A stretch of 63,163 nucleotides of DNA from NCBI GenBank assembly GCA_022704525.1, contig JAKJGF010000001.1, forward strand, positions 1-63,163. Reading direction: 5' to 3'. Positions 35,076 to 43,615 of the stretch are shown here, one piece after another. This stretch comes from Bacillota bacterium (GTDB taxonomy: Bacteria > Vulcanimicrobiota > SpSt-956 > JAKJGF01). Each line of letters begins with the position of its first letter. Position 1 is the stretch's first letter. The notes under the pieces are model-generated. The model searched no databases and was not told where the DNA came from. It saw nothing but the letters and a program-made list of their open reading frames with translations. A program made the position numbers and the translations under genes.

Positions 35076-36557
35076 TTATTCCTTCCCTAATTGTTCGAAT
35101 AATATTTTTCTCATTAAATTTTCAGACGGTTCTTTACCTGTCCAGAGCTTATACTGTTCAATTCCCTGATAAAGTAACATTTCATAACCTTCCACTACTG
35201 TGGAACCTACGGCTATGGCATCTCTGAGCATTTTTGTCATCATAGGTCTGTAGACAATATCAAATACTACTTTTCCTTTAAGAAAATCTTTTTCAACTAT
35301 ACTCTCATTAATATGAGGATACATACCGATAGAAGTAGTATTTATTATAATATGATAATTGTATTTATAAATGTCTTCAAGAGGGCAGATTTTCATATCA
35401 AGTTCTTCTGCAAGTTTCATAGCTCTTTCTTCTGTTCTATTGGCTATAATAACAGAAAATTCTTTTTCTTTTAATCCATAGCAAATTGCTCTTGCTGCCC
35501 CGCCGGCTCCCAGTACCAGGACTTTTCTATCTTTGAGTTCAGTTTTTTTGCTTAAAGCATCTATAGCACCCTTACAGTCAGTGTTATAACCTGTGAGTTT
35601 CCCATCTTTATTTACAATAGTATTTACGGCGCCTATTTTTTTTGCTCTATCTTCTATATCATCCAGATATTTAATTATATCGATTTTGTGGGGAATAGTT
35701 ACGGCAGAACCGAAAAAATTAAATTTTTTAAAATTTTTCATAAATTCTTCCAGGTCTTCCTTTTCTGTTTTAAAAGGTATATATGTGTAATTTTCCCCCT
35801 GTTCTCTAAAATTGACATTGTGCATGTATTTGGATAGGGAATTTTCTGCATAACTTCCTGTTACACCCAGAATTTTTGTATTTTTATTTAAGAGATTAAT
35901 ATTATAAAGGTCTATTAAATCCTCTATGGCAATCTGGCCTTCTGCAGTTTTAGAGTCATTCGAAAGAGAAGCAAAAGTAAGAAAAGAACCATATTTTGCT
36001 CCTAAGATTCTTGAGATCTGTCCCTTAAGACCCATACAGAAAGAAATAAGATTTTTATTATTTTTCAATAGTTCAAAGTGTTTGAAATTATCATTTATGG
36101 ACTCACCAAAAGTGACTATTTTTATTATATGAGGTTTTAGTTTTTTTATTCTCCCATAAATACTTTTTATTTTCCCGGGGGTTTCTTTAAAATTATGATA
36201 GGAACAAATTATTTTTGTATTTTCCTTATTCTCTATGAGGGAAGAAATAATTTCTTCTCCTGAAGATAATTCTATATCAACATAATCCGCCTTTAATCTG
36301 ATGGATTTTTTTAATAAATTTAACCTTTCTTCCTCACTACCACTGAACCGTCCTCCTTCATCTGTCTTTCTGATAGTTATAATGATAGGTTTTGTTCTCT
36401 TTTTTAATAACTCCTCCAGGGTACTTTCGTTTATATCCTTCATATAATCGATTCTTACTTCGATTATATCTGCTGATTTCTCTGCTTCTTTCAGATCCAG
36501 AAGGGTTTCTTTAATATTATCTCTTCCGAGAGAGATACAGATTGCAGTGGATTTCAT
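35076..36557 (-). CDS. aroDE: bifunctional type I 3-dehydroquinate dehydratase / shikimate 5-dehydrogenase
   Basis: 493 aa. The N-terminal half (EVRIDY...IIT.R...EGG...YHNF..TP...IKIV) is AroD type I. The C-terminal half (GAVNT, NTDC.G, VLGAGGAARA) is AroE. Confidence 0.85.
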   Translation of the reverse strand: MKSTAICISLGRDNIKETLLDLKEAEKSADIIEVRIDYMKDINESTLEELLKKRTKPIIITIRKTDEGGRFSGSEEERLNLLKKSIRLKADYVDIELSSGEEIISSLIENKENTKIICSYHNFKETPGKIKSIYGRIKKLKPHIIKIVTFGESINDNFKHFELLKNNKNLISFCMGLKGQISRILGAKYGSFLTFASLSNDSKTAEGQIAIEDLIDLYNINLLNKNTKILGVTGSYAENSLSKYMHNVNFREQGENYTYIPFKTEKEDLEEFMKNFKKFNFFGSAVTIPHKIDIIKYLDDIEDRAKKIGAVNTIVNKDGKLTGYNTDCKGAIDALSKKTELKDRKVLVLGAGGAARAICYGLKEKEFSVIIANRTEERAMKLAEELDMKICPLEDIYKYNYHIIINTTSIGMYPHINESIVEKDFLKGKVVFDIVYRPMMTKMLRDAIAVGSTVVEGYEMLLYQGIEQYKLWTGKEPSENLMRKILFEQLGKE

Positions 36558-36647
36558 AAAAGATCACTCATTTGAAAGAATTTTACACTATTATAGCTTT
36601 TGCTCATATGCTGCTATGGCTCCAGGGTTGACCGATGAAATTACTCT

Positions 36648-36851
36648 TTAAAGGAGTAAAGGGATGGTTGTTACATAAGTATTTGTAGTGGTATCTATTA
36701 CTTTTACGGCAGGATTCTTCTTTATATCCTGAACCAGTCCCTGAATACTCCCAGTTTCAGATTCCTGTGATAAAGCCAGAAAATCCACATTGAGAATCAT
36801 TATGAGGAATAAAAGTAAAATTATTCTGATGAAAATTTTCATGAATATCAT
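36648..36851 (-). CDS. small secreted hypothetical protein (67 aa)
   Basis: N-terminal signal-like KIFIRIILLLFLIMILNVDFLALS; nothing else recognisable. Confidence 0.35.
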   Translation of the reverse strand: MIFMKIFIRIILLLFLIMILNVDFLALSQESETGSIQGLVQDIKKNPAVKVIDTTTNTYVTTIPLLL

Positions 36852-36990
36852 CTCCCTGAAGTTCTGAACATAAATTCCAGGTAAAATCGTAAAAATCCTT
36901 GAAAAAGAAAAAATTTAAAAAATTTTATTAAACAGGCAGGAATAAAAATTAATATATAGAATACCATTAAGTAAAAATCTCATAAAAATG

Positions 36991-37022
36991 AGGAGATGCT
37001 CATCTCCTTGTTTTTTAATTTT
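36991..37022. terminator. bidirectional stem-loop terminator
   Basis: AGGAGAT-GCTC-ATCTCCT followed by TGTTTTTTAATTTT on the plus strand and CATTTTTAT on the minus strand. Confidence 0.55.
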
Positions 37023-37070
37023 ACTGATTTAATTGAAGCAGGAGTTGAAGAAGTATCTGACAGAAACATA

Positions 37071-37200
37071 CACGTTCCGGTCAGGAGGGTGTAATCCCCT
37101 CCCTCTCCTTTATACCGCTTATCCAGGTGCGGGGTCCCGTAAGGACCGGCTGTGAGTCGCCAGCATCGTGGCTCCGGGTTCAATTCCCCCATAGGCGGTC
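37071..37200. ncRNA. candidate structured RNA of unknown class (GC-rich island)
   Basis: 80 of 130 nt are G/C (counted), within AT-rich flanks. A 9-bp closing helix ACCGCTTAT (37124-37132) / ATAGGCGGT (37192-37200) encloses the hairpins GGTCC-CGTAA-GGACC and GCCA-GCATCG-TGGC and a T-loop-like GGGTTCAATTCCC. An upstream hairpin is GGAGGG-TGTAAT-CCCCTCC. Strand is undetermined. Confidence 0.4.
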
Positions 37201-37213
37201 AGTGTCATAAAGA

Positions 37214-37296
37214 GTGAAAAGTGAAACGAAGTCCTTCCAAAGCAGTCAAAGTGAAAAGTGAAAAGAAATTTTAACCTCTCATTTTTGACTTTTCAC
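37214..37296. repeat. family C repeat, copy overlapping the recJ 3' end
   Basis: GTGAAAAGTGAAACGAAGTCCTTCCAAAGCAGTCAAAGTGAAAAGTGAAAAGAAATTTT...CATTTTTGACTTTTCAC. Its ~50-nt core is nearly the same as 31590-31635. Confidence 0.7.
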
Positions 37297-39576
37297 GAAT
37301 AAACTATCCTTATCTGCCTTCCTGAAATATGACCGATATGCTTTTGTTTCTTCCAGTAATTCCTTTAATTCAGAAGAAATTTTATTTGTCTCACTGCTTA
37401 TCAGAGAAGTTCCTTCTGTAATTAACAATCCCTCTTCATTTTCTCCGGGAATACTTATATGGCCCCTGGCAGAGAGCCAATCGAGTCCCTTCCTTACCGT
37501 TATTTCACGATGGCCCGTGAGGGCAGAAAATTTTAAAATATTTACTCTTCCCTTATTTGATTTCAGGGCATATTTTGCAAGACCTGCCAGATGTTTTAAA
37601 AAAGCCTCCAGTCCATCAAGAGGAGGGTCTACCGCAAAGAGATAAACCTTTGATGGAGAGACTTTATTAAGAATAGATTTTAACTCTTCCGGCCCGGGCG
37701 GTGTTGTCCATATAACCAGAAGATCCGAAAGATTTAATTCATAACGATTTTTTCCTGAATTTTCTTTTTCTCCTTCCATCCAGATCTGAAGGCCGGGGAT
37801 TTCCCGGAGACTCTGTAACAGAGCTTCAGGTTCCTCTTCGTCACGATAATCAATAATTTCTATTGCAGGAGATTGAATTACATTTATTTTGTCTTCATCT
37901 GCTTTCCAGTCTACCCATTCCAGTTGAAGTTCCTTCTGTCCCTGATAATTACTTGATCTCATAAGATAGGCCAGATGAAATCTTCCTTCCGGTAAAGAAT
38001 AATTCTGCCCCTGCCACCATACCACTCTCTGAGAATTTCCTTCCTCGTCTTCCACCATCAGAAGGCGATGCTCACCTCTTTTCCCGATTCTACTGTGGCC
38101 TTTTATGGAAAGTCCTCTGGAAGCAAATAGAGGCACTGTATTACCGGGGCCAAAGGGAGATAGAATCTGTAACTCCTCTGAAAGTTCCACAGATAGTATG
38201 GAAAGTGGCAAATATCCATCTAATTCAAGGGTTTCTTTATATTCTCTCCTCTGCTCCTTCAGGATACGGGATAAAGAACAGCGAAATGCAGGAATAAGTT
38301 CGGGAAGAATGGAAAGTCCTGCTGCCATAGGATGACCGCCGAAACCAAGAAGTATCTCCTGGTTAAGGGAAATGGCGGCAGATATATTACATCCTTTTAT
38401 AGAACGGGCAGAACCCCTGCACGGTTCACCGGGAGGTGTGGTGATGAGAATAGCAGGTTTATTATAAATTTCCACAAGACGACTGGCTACTATACCTATT
38501 ATCCCTGCAGGCCAGTTCGGATGTGAAAGAACGATAGCTTCATAATCCAGTAGTTCTGGATTAAGTTCAATCTGATGGATAGCTGCCTGGAGAACCTGTT
38601 CACCTAACACTTTTCGTCGTTCATTGAACCCTTCCAGCATGTCAATCAGAATACGGGCCCTTTCAGGATTTTCTGTAGTAAGGAGTTCCACTGCCAGATT
38701 CGCATCGGACAACCGCCCAAGGGCATTGAGACGAGGCCCCAGACCGAATCCTATATGTTCTTCGGAAATACGGCCCGGGTTAAGACCTGCCTTTTCCATC
38801 ATTAATCGAAGACCTATTCGCTCTGTATTTCTCAGGACTTTAAGCCCTTTCTGCAAAAGATATCTCGTATCTCCTGTCTGGACAACTACATCAGAAACGA
38901 TTCCGAGAGCCACAAGATCAAGATATCTGTATATTTCATCAGATCTTTTAGCCTTTCTGTATAGTTCTTCCATAACCTTGTAAGCACATCCCACACCGGG
39001 TAGTTCTCTCAGAGGATGACCTTCTGAAAGCATTTTAGGATTCACTATTGAGTGAGCTTTCGGAAGAGTTGAAGGCACATCATGATGATCCGTTATAATG
39101 ACATCCATTCCCTCCTGAGTAACATAGCTGACTTCTTTATGATTTCCCATACCTGTATCACAGGTTATTAAAAGTTTTATACCTTCTGTAATTAATCTCT
39201 TTAAACCGGCACTATTAAGACCATGAGATTCAGTCTGTCTCAGAGGTATATAGTAGGTAACGTTACCTCCCAGACTTTGAATGCCTGAAACGAGAAGGGA
39301 AGTAGATGTCTGACCATCCACGTCGAAATCACCCCAGACACAGACAGGTTCTCCGGTTTTAATAGCATATTCCAGGCGTTCCACTGCTTCAGGAAGGTCA
39401 GGAATATCTGACGGCGGGGAAGGGGTGAAGCACTTAGGATCCAGAAAAGCTCTGGCTTTAGCGAGTTCATTGAACCCACGCCTCAGTAAAATTTTTTCAA
39501 CCAGAGGGTGAAGGGTTAGAGATTTTTGAAATTCTTCCGGGATGGTAATATTTCCCGGTTCAATCCATTCTTTCAT
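37279..39576 (-). CDS. recJ: single-stranded-DNA-specific exonuclease RecJ
   Basis: 765 aa. DHH-family motifs VWGDFDVDGQTS, ITCDTG, IITDHH, plus DHHA1 GFGGHPMAAG. Confidence 0.92.
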   Translation of the reverse strand: MKEWIEPGNITIPEEFQKSLTLHPLVEKILLRRGFNELAKARAFLDPKCFTPSPPSDIPDLPEAVERLEYAIKTGEPVCVWGDFDVDGQTSTSLLVSGIQSLGGNVTYYIPLRQTESHGLNSAGLKRLITEGIKLLITCDTGMGNHKEVSYVTQEGMDVIITDHHDVPSTLPKAHSIVNPKMLSEGHPLRELPGVGCAYKVMEELYRKAKRSDEIYRYLDLVALGIVSDVVVQTGDTRYLLQKGLKVLRNTERIGLRLMMEKAGLNPGRISEEHIGFGLGPRLNALGRLSDANLAVELLTTENPERARILIDMLEGFNERRKVLGEQVLQAAIHQIELNPELLDYEAIVLSHPNWPAGIIGIVASRLVEIYNKPAILITTPPGEPCRGSARSIKGCNISAAISLNQEILLGFGGHPMAAGLSILPELIPAFRCSLSRILKEQRREYKETLELDGYLPLSILSVELSEELQILSPFGPGNTVPLFASRGLSIKGHSRIGKRGEHRLLMVEDEEGNSQRVVWWQGQNYSLPEGRFHLAYLMRSSNYQGQKELQLEWVDWKADEDKINVIQSPAIEIIDYRDEEEPEALLQSLREIPGLQIWMEGEKENSGKNRYELNLSDLLVIWTTPPGPEELKSILNKVSPSKVYLFAVDPPLDGLEAFLKHLAGLAKYALKSNKGRVNILKFSALTGHREITVRKGLDWLSARGHISIPGENEEGLLITEGTSLISSETNKISSELKELLEETKAYRSYFRKADKDSLFVKSQK

Positions 39577-39611
39577 AATAAATTAACCTGTAATTATAGC
39601 ATATTACTCTA

Positions 39612-39863
39612 TCAATCCGTCCAGAATTTTTTCAACAACCCTGTCTTCACAGGTTTATCTGTAATGATATTTACATGAATTTCTACGGCATCTTCTATAT
39701 GAATAAAATAGTTAAAAGGAGAACCGGAAACGCCGGGGATGCCGGTGGAAGAATAAGTTTTTTTCGAGTCCGTCGTAGAAATTAAGGGAGTTTCCGGAAG
39801 ATTTTCTTCAGTAAAAATATTTGCTGCAGATTTTTTTAGTTTTTCTAGCTCTTGCCATTCCAT
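39612..39863 (-). CDS. hypothetical protein (83 aa)
   Basis: ORF only; no motif recognised. Confidence 0.35.
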   Translation of the reverse strand: MEWQELEKLKKSAANIFTEENLPETPLISTTDSKKTYSSTGIPGVSGSPFNYFIHIEDAVEIHVNIITDKPVKTGLLKKFWTD

Positions 39864-40067
39864 ATTTTCAGATACGATTGAAGTGTCAACTTTATCCAGA
39901 ACTGTTTCTCCGGAAGGTGGCTTATTAGTCTTTCTCTGGTACCGGTAATCCTGAAAGCTTATTCTATTGATTTTTTAATATCCATTTCCTGAGACTTCTA
40001 ATCTGTTTTTAATAATTTAAGGACAATTAAATAATATCACACATAAGAGTAGTTTTAAATAGCTTAA

Positions 40068-40077
40068 TTGTTAACAA
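40068..40077. promoter_or_regulatory. TTGTTAACAA palindrome, copy 2
   Basis: AATTGTTAACAAAATGTAAAATAAT lies ~200 nt upstream of the minus-strand ORF 39612-39863 and downstream of the 3D-domain gene. Confidence 0.25.
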
Positions 40078-40153
40078 AATGTAAAATAATAGGTAGATGA
40101 ACAGCTTCTTTTAAATACTATCTACAGCAGGGAAGATTTCAGCGAATAATCAA

Positions 40154-40180
40154 TAAGGAAGGTGAGAAACACCTTCCTTA
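40154..40180 (-). terminator. stem-loop terminator after the Gly/Met-rich 3D-domain gene
   Basis: TAAGGAAGGTG-AGAAA-CACCTTCCTTA. The minus strand continues TTGATTATT. Confidence 0.55.
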
Positions 40181-40208
40181 TAAATAACTGCCCCGTCTTA
40201 CTTATTCA

Positions 40209-41174
40209 TTAAACCTTTATTAAAGTAAGATTTCCATTTACTATGGCCTCAGTACTTGCCTTCTGGGAGGCAGTGCATATATCCACTCTTCCAAAGCCTT
40301 TATTGGTGAAGGCTCCTCCCGTATCTACTGCCTTGAAGATTATCTGTTTTCCGTATTTCTTTTCCATTTCAGGAATGCGGAAGGTATCGCCATATTTAAT
40401 TTTTCCGCTCTTATAGAGATTTTTATCTAAAGCTATGGATACATAGGGAGCTTTTCCACTGAGGAAATCCTGAAGGGTATTTAATTTTTTGCCTCTCATA
40501 TCATAAAAACCACCTTCCATAGCACTGTTGTCAGGGTAATAACCGGTTGCCTTTGCCGTGCCCATGGTCTGTCCATTTATTGGCCCTGCCGGCGCTCCTC
40601 CACCTGGCTGTGCTCCTCCTGTACCTCCTGCAGGGACAGCTCCTCCGCCAGGTTCTGCTCCTGTGCCTCCTACCGGCGCTCTACTACCTCCCGGGGCACC
40701 TCCACCCATACCGGAGAGACCTCCGCCCATACCCGGCATAGCTCCACCCATACCTGGGAAGCCACCTCCCATACCCGGCACACCTCCGCCCATCATTCCA
40801 GGCATTCCACCCATCATTCCGGGCATCATTCCACTCATAAAGGGATTTGCTCCTCCACCCATCATCATCATCATCATCTGCATCATCATCATCATCATCT
40901 GCATCATCTGCATCATAGGATTCTGCTGCATACCGATGAAATTACCAATGCAATTTTCCACTGCATGCCCAAGTCTCGGCCCTGGCATTGCTCCAAGCAT
41001 TGGCCCTATTCCCTGAAATGGCATGGAAGAACCGCCTGTAAGTCCTCCAATTCCACCCATCATATCTTGAAGTAGAGATTCCATGGGGTTTATTGCGCCC
41101 ATAGCCTGCTGTCCGCCAAAATAATTATTTATCAAACTGGTATTCTGTAAAGAGTTTCCAATGGATATACCCAT
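40209..41174 (-). CDS. Gly/Met/Pro-rich low-complexity protein with C-terminal 3D-domain (MltA/YabE-like lytic-transglycosylase fold)
   Basis: AAGGAGGAAC RBS. No signal peptide. N-terminal MGISIGNSLQNTSLINNYFGG; MMQMMQMMMMMMQMMMMMMGGGANPF; (GMPGMMGG)n. C-terminal TGYYPDNSAMEGG...YVSIALD...FKAVDTGGAF...GRVDICT. Confidence 0.75.
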   Translation of the reverse strand: MGISIGNSLQNTSLINNYFGGQQAMGAINPMESLLQDMMGGIGGLTGGSSMPFQGIGPMLGAMPGPRLGHAVENCIGNFIGMQQNPMMQMMQMMMMMMQMMMMMMGGGANPFMSGMMPGMMGGMPGMMGGGVPGMGGGFPGMGGAMPGMGGGLSGMGGGAPGGSRAPVGGTGAEPGGGAVPAGGTGGAQPGGGAPAGPINGQTMGTAKATGYYPDNSAMEGGFYDMRGKKLNTLQDFLSGKAPYVSIALDKNLYKSGKIKYGDTFRIPEMEKKYGKQIIFKAVDTGGAFTNKGFGRVDICTASQKASTEAIVNGNLTLIKV

Positions 41175-41668
41175 CTATGTTCCTCCTTATATAAAGTTTG
41201 CTGTTAGATAAACTTATTGCTATAATTATATCACGATATTTTTTAGAAAGTAAATAGTATATAAAAAAATAAATCGGTCTGTCATACATAGTTATAATCC
41301 TGATGTACCGGTCATCTGCTTAATAAGTCCATAATCGGCATGGTTCATTCTGCTGAAGAATATAGAGCTATGTCAGAAGAAATTTTATTAGAACTTCAGC
41401 AGCGTGAATAGAACCTCATTACTTATCTGAGTAAAACAGGGGCAGAGATTTCAGTATTTTAACACAGTGGTTCTACGAACTTATGGATTAGAGTGTTTCT
41501 AATAAAAAAATTCCGTAAGTAGGTATAATAAAATGAAGATGAACTTCAGAAAGTTATAATCAATAATTTGCAAACCTTAATTTATACACATAGGGGCGCA
41601 AGGCCTTGCTCCTCTACAGGATAACGGTTTTTCAAGATTCTGCAAAAGTATAGTAAATATTTAAAAAG

Positions 41669-43570
41669 TTAATATGTAACTTCTACTTCTTTCTTTTCTT
41701 TATCAGTTTTTATAAGTAATTTAACTTTTGTTCCCCGGTTTTTAAGGAGCAATCTATTAACTTTAACCAGATTGAGGCCGGAACAATTTATACCGTCAAT
41801 TTCAAGAAGAGTAAAGGAATTTTTAATTCCGCTTTTTGCCAGAGGGGTATTCTCTATAATACCTGTAAATTTGACTTCCCCCCTGGGAGTAATATATACA
41901 TAACCTCCCGGCCCTGTCAGATTTTCCTCACAGACAAGATAAATCTCATCTTTATCAAACTTAATTGAGCTAAGATTAGATGGTTCGGTATTTCTCACAT
42001 CCAGAAAACACATAGTGTCTTTATTTATACAGACCTTTTTATTATAGTCTTCCAGGTAAGTTTTTATGCCTGTGAGAGTATAAAGATTCTTATTTCCTTT
42101 GTTTTCAATCCTGAATTGAGTTATATAATCCTGCCCATCTTTACTGCTGTCCATTATGGAAAGACTGTATTTTCCCATCCCTTTCTCATCAAGATAGGAT
42201 CTGAAAAAATCATTCAGGTCCGTAGAAGTTGATTTTTGCATGACTTTTCTAAAATCTTCCGTACTTGCAACTTTACTACGATATTCCTTTACATATTCTT
42301 TTATTCCATTAAAGAAAGCTTCTTCACCCATTATAAGTTCCAGACTTTTAAGTATAAGGGCACCTTTATAGTAAGCTACAGCTACCTGAAGATCCTTTTC
42401 TTCTATTTCCGAAGCTTTTATTACAGGCAGATCATAACCGTAATATGCCATATATATGAGCTTGAGACGGCGGAAACTTTCTGTTTCCACATCTTTATCA
42501 AATACTGACTTTAAAGCTATAATCTCAGAAAATTTTGCAAATCCCTCAAAAAGCCAGTAATCTTTAGATGCATCGGCAGAAACTATATTCCCCCACCAGG
42601 TATGCGAAACTTCATGGACTACATTTCTGGTAGGGAAGAGTATTTCATTATTCTCTATTTTTTTTGTAAAATACCCTTCACCCAGTGTCATGGAATTGAA
42701 AAAACCTGAATAACCTCCTGTGATGCCTTCCGGAATGGCCATGGCTTTATATTCTCTCAAGCCTGTTGCCCCAAAGGTTTCTTCAAAATATTTATAAGAT
42801 TTATAAATTACATTGGCCACATAGTCTACATTTTCATCTATAGAATTAAAGGGGACATAAAGTTTTACTTTAAATCCATCGGTGCAGGCCTTTTCTACCT
42901 TCCGGCATTTACGGGCAAAAAAATAAAGGCTTCTGTCAGTTATATTCTCATAATTTTCCCATTTGTAAATTTTTCTTCCCTGAATTTCAGATATATAATA
43001 TAATCTTCCTGAAGCCATTACTTCAAATTCCCGGGGTACATCAACAGATAGTTTAAAAGGAGGTAATCTCTTACAATCTGTACCTTTTATCTTTGGATAC
43101 CAGTTGTCAGTCCTTGTGATAGAGGAGTTTATGCGGCAGTCAGTATCTGAGATATTAAAAGCAAAAGTTGCGTAAGAATCAGATGGGTCTTTTCGGGGAT
43201 ATATTTTATATGTAAGAAGAAGCTTTTCTGTTTCCCCCTGTTTAATGTCTTTCTGGGGTTTTAGCATATTATTTCTGAATTCATATTTTAAGGGAATATT
43301 TTTTTCATCATAAACTTTGATATCTCTTAAATCAATACCTCTAAAGTTTTTGCAGAGGTTGATTTCCAGTGGATTATCCTGAGACGAACTGTTATGTTGA
43401 ATTTCCATTAATGCTTCTACAGAAAGATAATCATATATAGAAGAGACCTGTACTTTAATATCATAACGAATTATATGAAAATCTCTTTCCTGAGCATTTA
43501 AACCAGTTGAAAGTAGCAGGAGTAATAAAAATAAAAGAGATATTTTGTACATAAAAGAGTTCCTTTCCAA
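41669..43570 (-). CDS. secreted M1-family zinc metallopeptidase with C-terminal PDZ-like domain
   Basis: Signal ISLLFLLLLLLSTGLNAQE. VVHEVSHTWWGN...WLFEGFAKF (HExxH-18-E). No canonical GAMEN. C-terminal ~90 aa (GIIENTPLAKSGIKNSFTLLEIDGINCSGLNL) is PDZ-like. Confidence 0.75.
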   Translation of the reverse strand: MERNSFMYKISLLFLLLLLLSTGLNAQERDFHIIRYDIKVQVSSIYDYLSVEALMEIQHNSSSQDNPLEINLCKNFRGIDLRDIKVYDEKNIPLKYEFRNNMLKPQKDIKQGETEKLLLTYKIYPRKDPSDSYATFAFNISDTDCRINSSITRTDNWYPKIKGTDCKRLPPFKLSVDVPREFEVMASGRLYYISEIQGRKIYKWENYENITDRSLYFFARKCRKVEKACTDGFKVKLYVPFNSIDENVDYVANVIYKSYKYFEETFGATGLREYKAMAIPEGITGGYSGFFNSMTLGEGYFTKKIENNEILFPTRNVVHEVSHTWWGNIVSADASKDYWLFEGFAKFSEIIALKSVFDKDVETESFRRLKLIYMAYYGYDLPVIKASEIEEKDLQVAVAYYKGALILKSLELIMGEEAFFNGIKEYVKEYRSKVASTEDFRKVMQKSTSTDLNDFFRSYLDEKGMGKYSLSIMDSSKDGQDYITQFRIENKGNKNLYTLTGIKTYLEDYNKKVCINKDTMCFLDVRNTEPSNLSSIKFDKDEIYLVCEENLTGPGGYVYITPRGEVKFTGIIENTPLAKSGIKNSFTLLEIDGINCSGLNLVKVNRLLLKNRGTKVKLLIKTDKEKKEVEVTY

Positions 43571-43573
43571 AAT

Positions 43574-43604
43574 AAAACAGGCGAACCGAAGTTCGCCTGT
43601 TTTT
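43574..43604. terminator. bidirectional rho-independent terminator between the metallophosphoesterase and M1 peptidase genes
   Basis: AAAACAGGCGAAC-CGAA-GTTCGCCTGTTTT with T-runs on both strands. Confidence 0.75.
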
Positions 43605-43615
43605 AAGTTTACTTA

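Noticed and set aside
37124-37200. tRNA, tRNA-Sec, tmRNA tRNA-like domain or 4.5S SRP RNA, suggested by GGGTTCAATTCCC and a 9-bp acceptor-like helix.
   Set aside because: The T-stem would have two C-C mismatches, and no 7-nt anticodon loop with a 5-bp stem can be drawn. There is no CCA or UCCACCA end and no GGGG...UUCGAC 5' end. The central GUAA hairpin lacks the SRP AGG/AGCA loop motifs. It is kept only as an unclassified candidate RNA.
37071-37200. Cobalamin, TPP or ZTP riboswitch, suggested by GGUGUAAUCC, CCUGGAUAAGCGG and GCUGGCGAC strings.
   Set aside because: Each resemblance covers only one short box. The other obligatory elements are missing: the B12 box, CUGAGA plus the pyrimidine-sensing helix, and the CCGCCUGGGC pseudoknot. 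On the plus strand there is no downstream gene, and on the minus strand the gene context (small ORF, aro genes) does not fit.
40558-41016. Pro/Ile-rich ORFs antisense to the Gly/Met-rich genes (40558-41016 plus strand, 50628-51143 minus strand, and smaller ones).
   Set aside because: They are mirror images of the GGN/ATG-rich codon repeats. The sense frames have strong RBSs and recognisable C-terminal enzyme domains, and the antisense frames have neither.
41280-41660. Possible gene remnant: a 23-codon ORF MVHSAEEYRAMSEEILLELQQRE at about 41339-41410.
   Set aside because: It is too short and has no recognisable family motif. I note it only as non-coding or decayed sequence between the 3D-domain gene and the M1 peptidase.
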